From assembly GCF_006345805.1 (NCBI RefSeq), contig NC_042998.1, forward strand, positions 26,908,001 to 26,972,000: a DNA stretch of 64,000 nucleotides, written 5' to 3'. The position numbers were made by a program, and so were the translations under genes. This DNA is from Octopus sinensis (taxonomy: Eukaryota). Shown here in pieces: positions 61,415 to 64,000 of the stretch. Under the pieces are notes generated by a model. That model was not told the DNA's origin and did not search any database. It saw only the letters and a program-made list of their open reading frames with translations. How positions within the stretch are numbered: position 1 is the stretch's first letter; the number at the start of each line of letters is the position of its first letter.

Positions 61415-62220
61415 CATCATCGTCATCATCGTCGTTTAACGTCCGTTCTCCATGCTAGCATGGGTTGGACGGTTCGACCGGGGTTCTGGGAAGCCAGAAG
61501 GCTGCACCAGGCTCCAGTCTAATTTGGCAATGTTTCTACAGCTGGATGCCCTTCCTAACGCCAACCACTCCGTGAGTGTAGTGGGTGCTTTTTACGTGCC
61601 ACCTGCACAGGTGCCAGGCGGGGCTGGCAACGGCCACGGTCAGATTGGTGTATTTTATGTGCCACCGCACGGAAGCCAGTCGAGGCGTGGTGCTGGCATC
61701 GGCCACGAGTCGGATAGTGCTTTTTACGTACCACCAGACCAGGGATCCTGGCTGGTTCAATTCGATTTCGATTTCGCTTGCCCCAACATGTCTTCACAAG
61801 CAAAGGGGGTTGGCATGGGTGCCTGTCGTACGGTCGCATTGGAGTATTTTACGTGCCACGGCCACGAGTCGGATAGTGCTTTTTACGTACCACCAGACCA
61901 GGGATCCTGGCTGGTTCAATTCGATTTCGATTTCGCTGCCCCAACATGTCTTCACAAGCAAGGGGGTGGCATGGGTGCCTGTCGTACGGTCGCATTGGAG
62001 TATTTTACGTGCCACGGCCACGAGTCGGATAGTGCTTTTTACGTACCACCAGGCCAGAGATCCTGGCTGGTTCAATTCGGTTTCGATTTCGATTTCGCTT
62101 GCCCCAACATGTCTTCGCAAGCATGGGGGGTTGGCATGGGTGTCTGTCGTCGGATGAGGTTCTATATCGACTTCGCTTGCCTCAGCCGGTCTTTGTGTCC
62201 AAGGGAGGAAAGGCATTCAT
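61415..62220 (-). mobile_element. RTE-type 3' fragment with three ~158-bp units, flanked by a 55-bp duplication
   Basis: gccacgagtcgg at 61702, 61861 and 62017; flanks 61353-61407 and 62235-62289. Confidence 0.88.
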
Positions 62221-62315
62221 ATATATATATATATATAACACAAACAAAAGGCATTACATTTGACATAACTTCAATGCTAACAGGATATATATATACATAT
62301 ATATATATATATACA

Positions 62316-63822
62316 CACTGTAAAAACCCATGTAATTTATGCACTTTTTTTGCCAAAACAAAACTAAACTTTAGAGAGTGTGTAAATTACATGAATAGAT
62401 CATATCCAGAATTTTTTTAGAAACTTTTTTTGTTGAAAAATGATGCACAAATGTAAACATTCATATAGGAAGTTGACTCATTTAATGTCAGAATAAGTTT
62501 TAACAGAAAAAATATAATGAAGTTGAAATTTATTTATGCTGGACGGTATAATGCTTACTTTATCTATATAAATTTACTAAAACCATTAAATGGTTAACTA
62601 CTTTTTGACGTTCCTGCTGGTAATCTCAGTCCAGACCATATTTTACATTACTTGGAGTTTCTACCTATCACAATGAAGCCCAGCAATTTCCTTAAATAGA
62701 TCAGTTTTTCCCCATTTAAGAAGTCTAGCATGTATTGGCCTCCAGGAAGCTATTGCTCACTTTCTCCGCATTAGGACAATGAAATTCATCACTGCCAACA
62801 TCGCCAAAAACAACAATATAATTCATCCTTGCGCATGTAAACTCACTAAGTGAATATGACTTAGCATTCCTACAGGAAACTTCATTTACCTTACACGATG
62901 TTTAATGTCATTTCGCATTCATGTTGAATTATGCAGCAATCTTATGTTCTCTTCATAGAACACTTGTAATGTATGTATTACCAGTTCTTTTGGTAGAGTA
63001 GATTTTTGCTGTTCTTGTTTATGTCTCCTCACAGACGTGTATATTCTAACAAGTCGCTTCTTAAGTTTCGCACCTCTCTTGTTCAATAAACACTGAGTTA
63101 AACTTGCAAAGCTGTTTATTTTTTCCTTTCAATTTTTAATGTTTATTTCAGCAGCTTACCAGACTATCGTTTTGGTCTCCAGGTCAAAACAGTAATGACA
63201 AATTTTTAAGTTTGCTTGACATTTTATAAATGTGAAAGAGATTAATATTTCGATGCTCCGTATCAAAGGTTCCAACAAGAATAGGCAGAAAATCAGAGCT
63301 TGAGACAAGAAGACACTTTCGAATTCTGTGTCGGTTGAGTCAAGTGTCATCCAAGCTGATGTTTATTGGTAATTAAACTTATTTTGCAACACTTGTGCAT
63401 ATTCATCAGCTTTTGTTTTTTTCTTGTTGATAAGCAGTATCAACAACTTTCCCTGTGATTGTGATTTGAGAAGACATGCAGAAGTATGCTAATGATCAGA
63501 CATAATCTCTTGTGGGCAAGAAATGTAAAATAAAGTTTATTATAAACAACACAAACACCTTGTAATTTAATACCTTTCAATGTGATACCTGTTAAACAGA
63601 AATTATTCTTATTTAAGGAAAATATATTAAACTCTAATCATAAGTAAAATTATGCTAAATACAACTAAATTGAAAACCTTTTTCCCCAGGCCATATTGAC
63701 AATTCTGAAAACTTTTGGGTGCAAATTTTACACAAGTAGAAGCATTTTTTTAACAACTTTTATCCTGAAAATCACCTGTGCAAAATTACACAGGTGTGCA
63801 AATTACATGAGTTTTTACAGTG
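62316..63822. mobile_element. CACTA/EnSpm-like (CMC) DNA transposon, degenerate
   Basis: ~30-bp TIRs CACTGTAAAAAC(C/T)CATGTAATTT..GCAC; subterminal GTG(C/T)AAA(T)TTAC repeats at both ends; internal coding not recognised. Confidence 0.6.
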
Positions 63823-64000
63823 TATACATACATATATATATATGTATAAGTGTTAATGAAAATGAGTGCTCAACACCACTTTGGTGGATATGTTTCATTG
63901 GATATGTGTGTGTGTGAGTGTGTGTATATATATTCTTTGAGCCTGTTGTCTTTAAAAATTAAAGTATGTCACAAAATAAAATAGTCAATACTGAACTAAG

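Overview
AT-rich, repeat-saturated animal genomic DNA. The SINE, RTE and Penelope-like repeat complement fits an octopod cephalopod (Octopus); this is inferred from repeat types, not from a search. No host gene could be identified with confidence. Two weak candidate exons lie on opposite strands (9614-9721 minus, 51111-51272 plus). Almost all long ORFs in the track are microsatellite or minisatellite artefacts. Contents: (i) three tRNA-derived SINE families in more than 30 copies, some with clear target-site duplications (TSDs); (ii) about 16 3' fragments of RTE-type LINEs ending in (GAT)n, two still carrying the ORF C-terminus, plus a separate RTE reverse transcriptase fragment; (iii) DNA transposons: a full-length but broken DD34D mariner (34391-35674), deleted mariner, maT-like and DD41D-like fragments, an internally deleted piggyBac, piggyBac, hAT and mariner MITEs, a Helitron-type element and a CACTA-like element; (iv) Penelope-like terminal remnants carrying ten hammerhead-ribozyme-like motifs and several fold-back palindromes. 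Most interesting: the ~60-bp tandem units in the RTE 3' UTR each fit a compact H-type pseudoknot plus two hairpins; several hammerheads have intact or near-intact catalytic cores (3995-4087, 4531-4593, 35755-35838); and two RTE insertions have unusually long flanking duplications. All structures were read by eye and none was computed. The assembly shows indel-type errors, so some duplications and palindromes may be artefacts.
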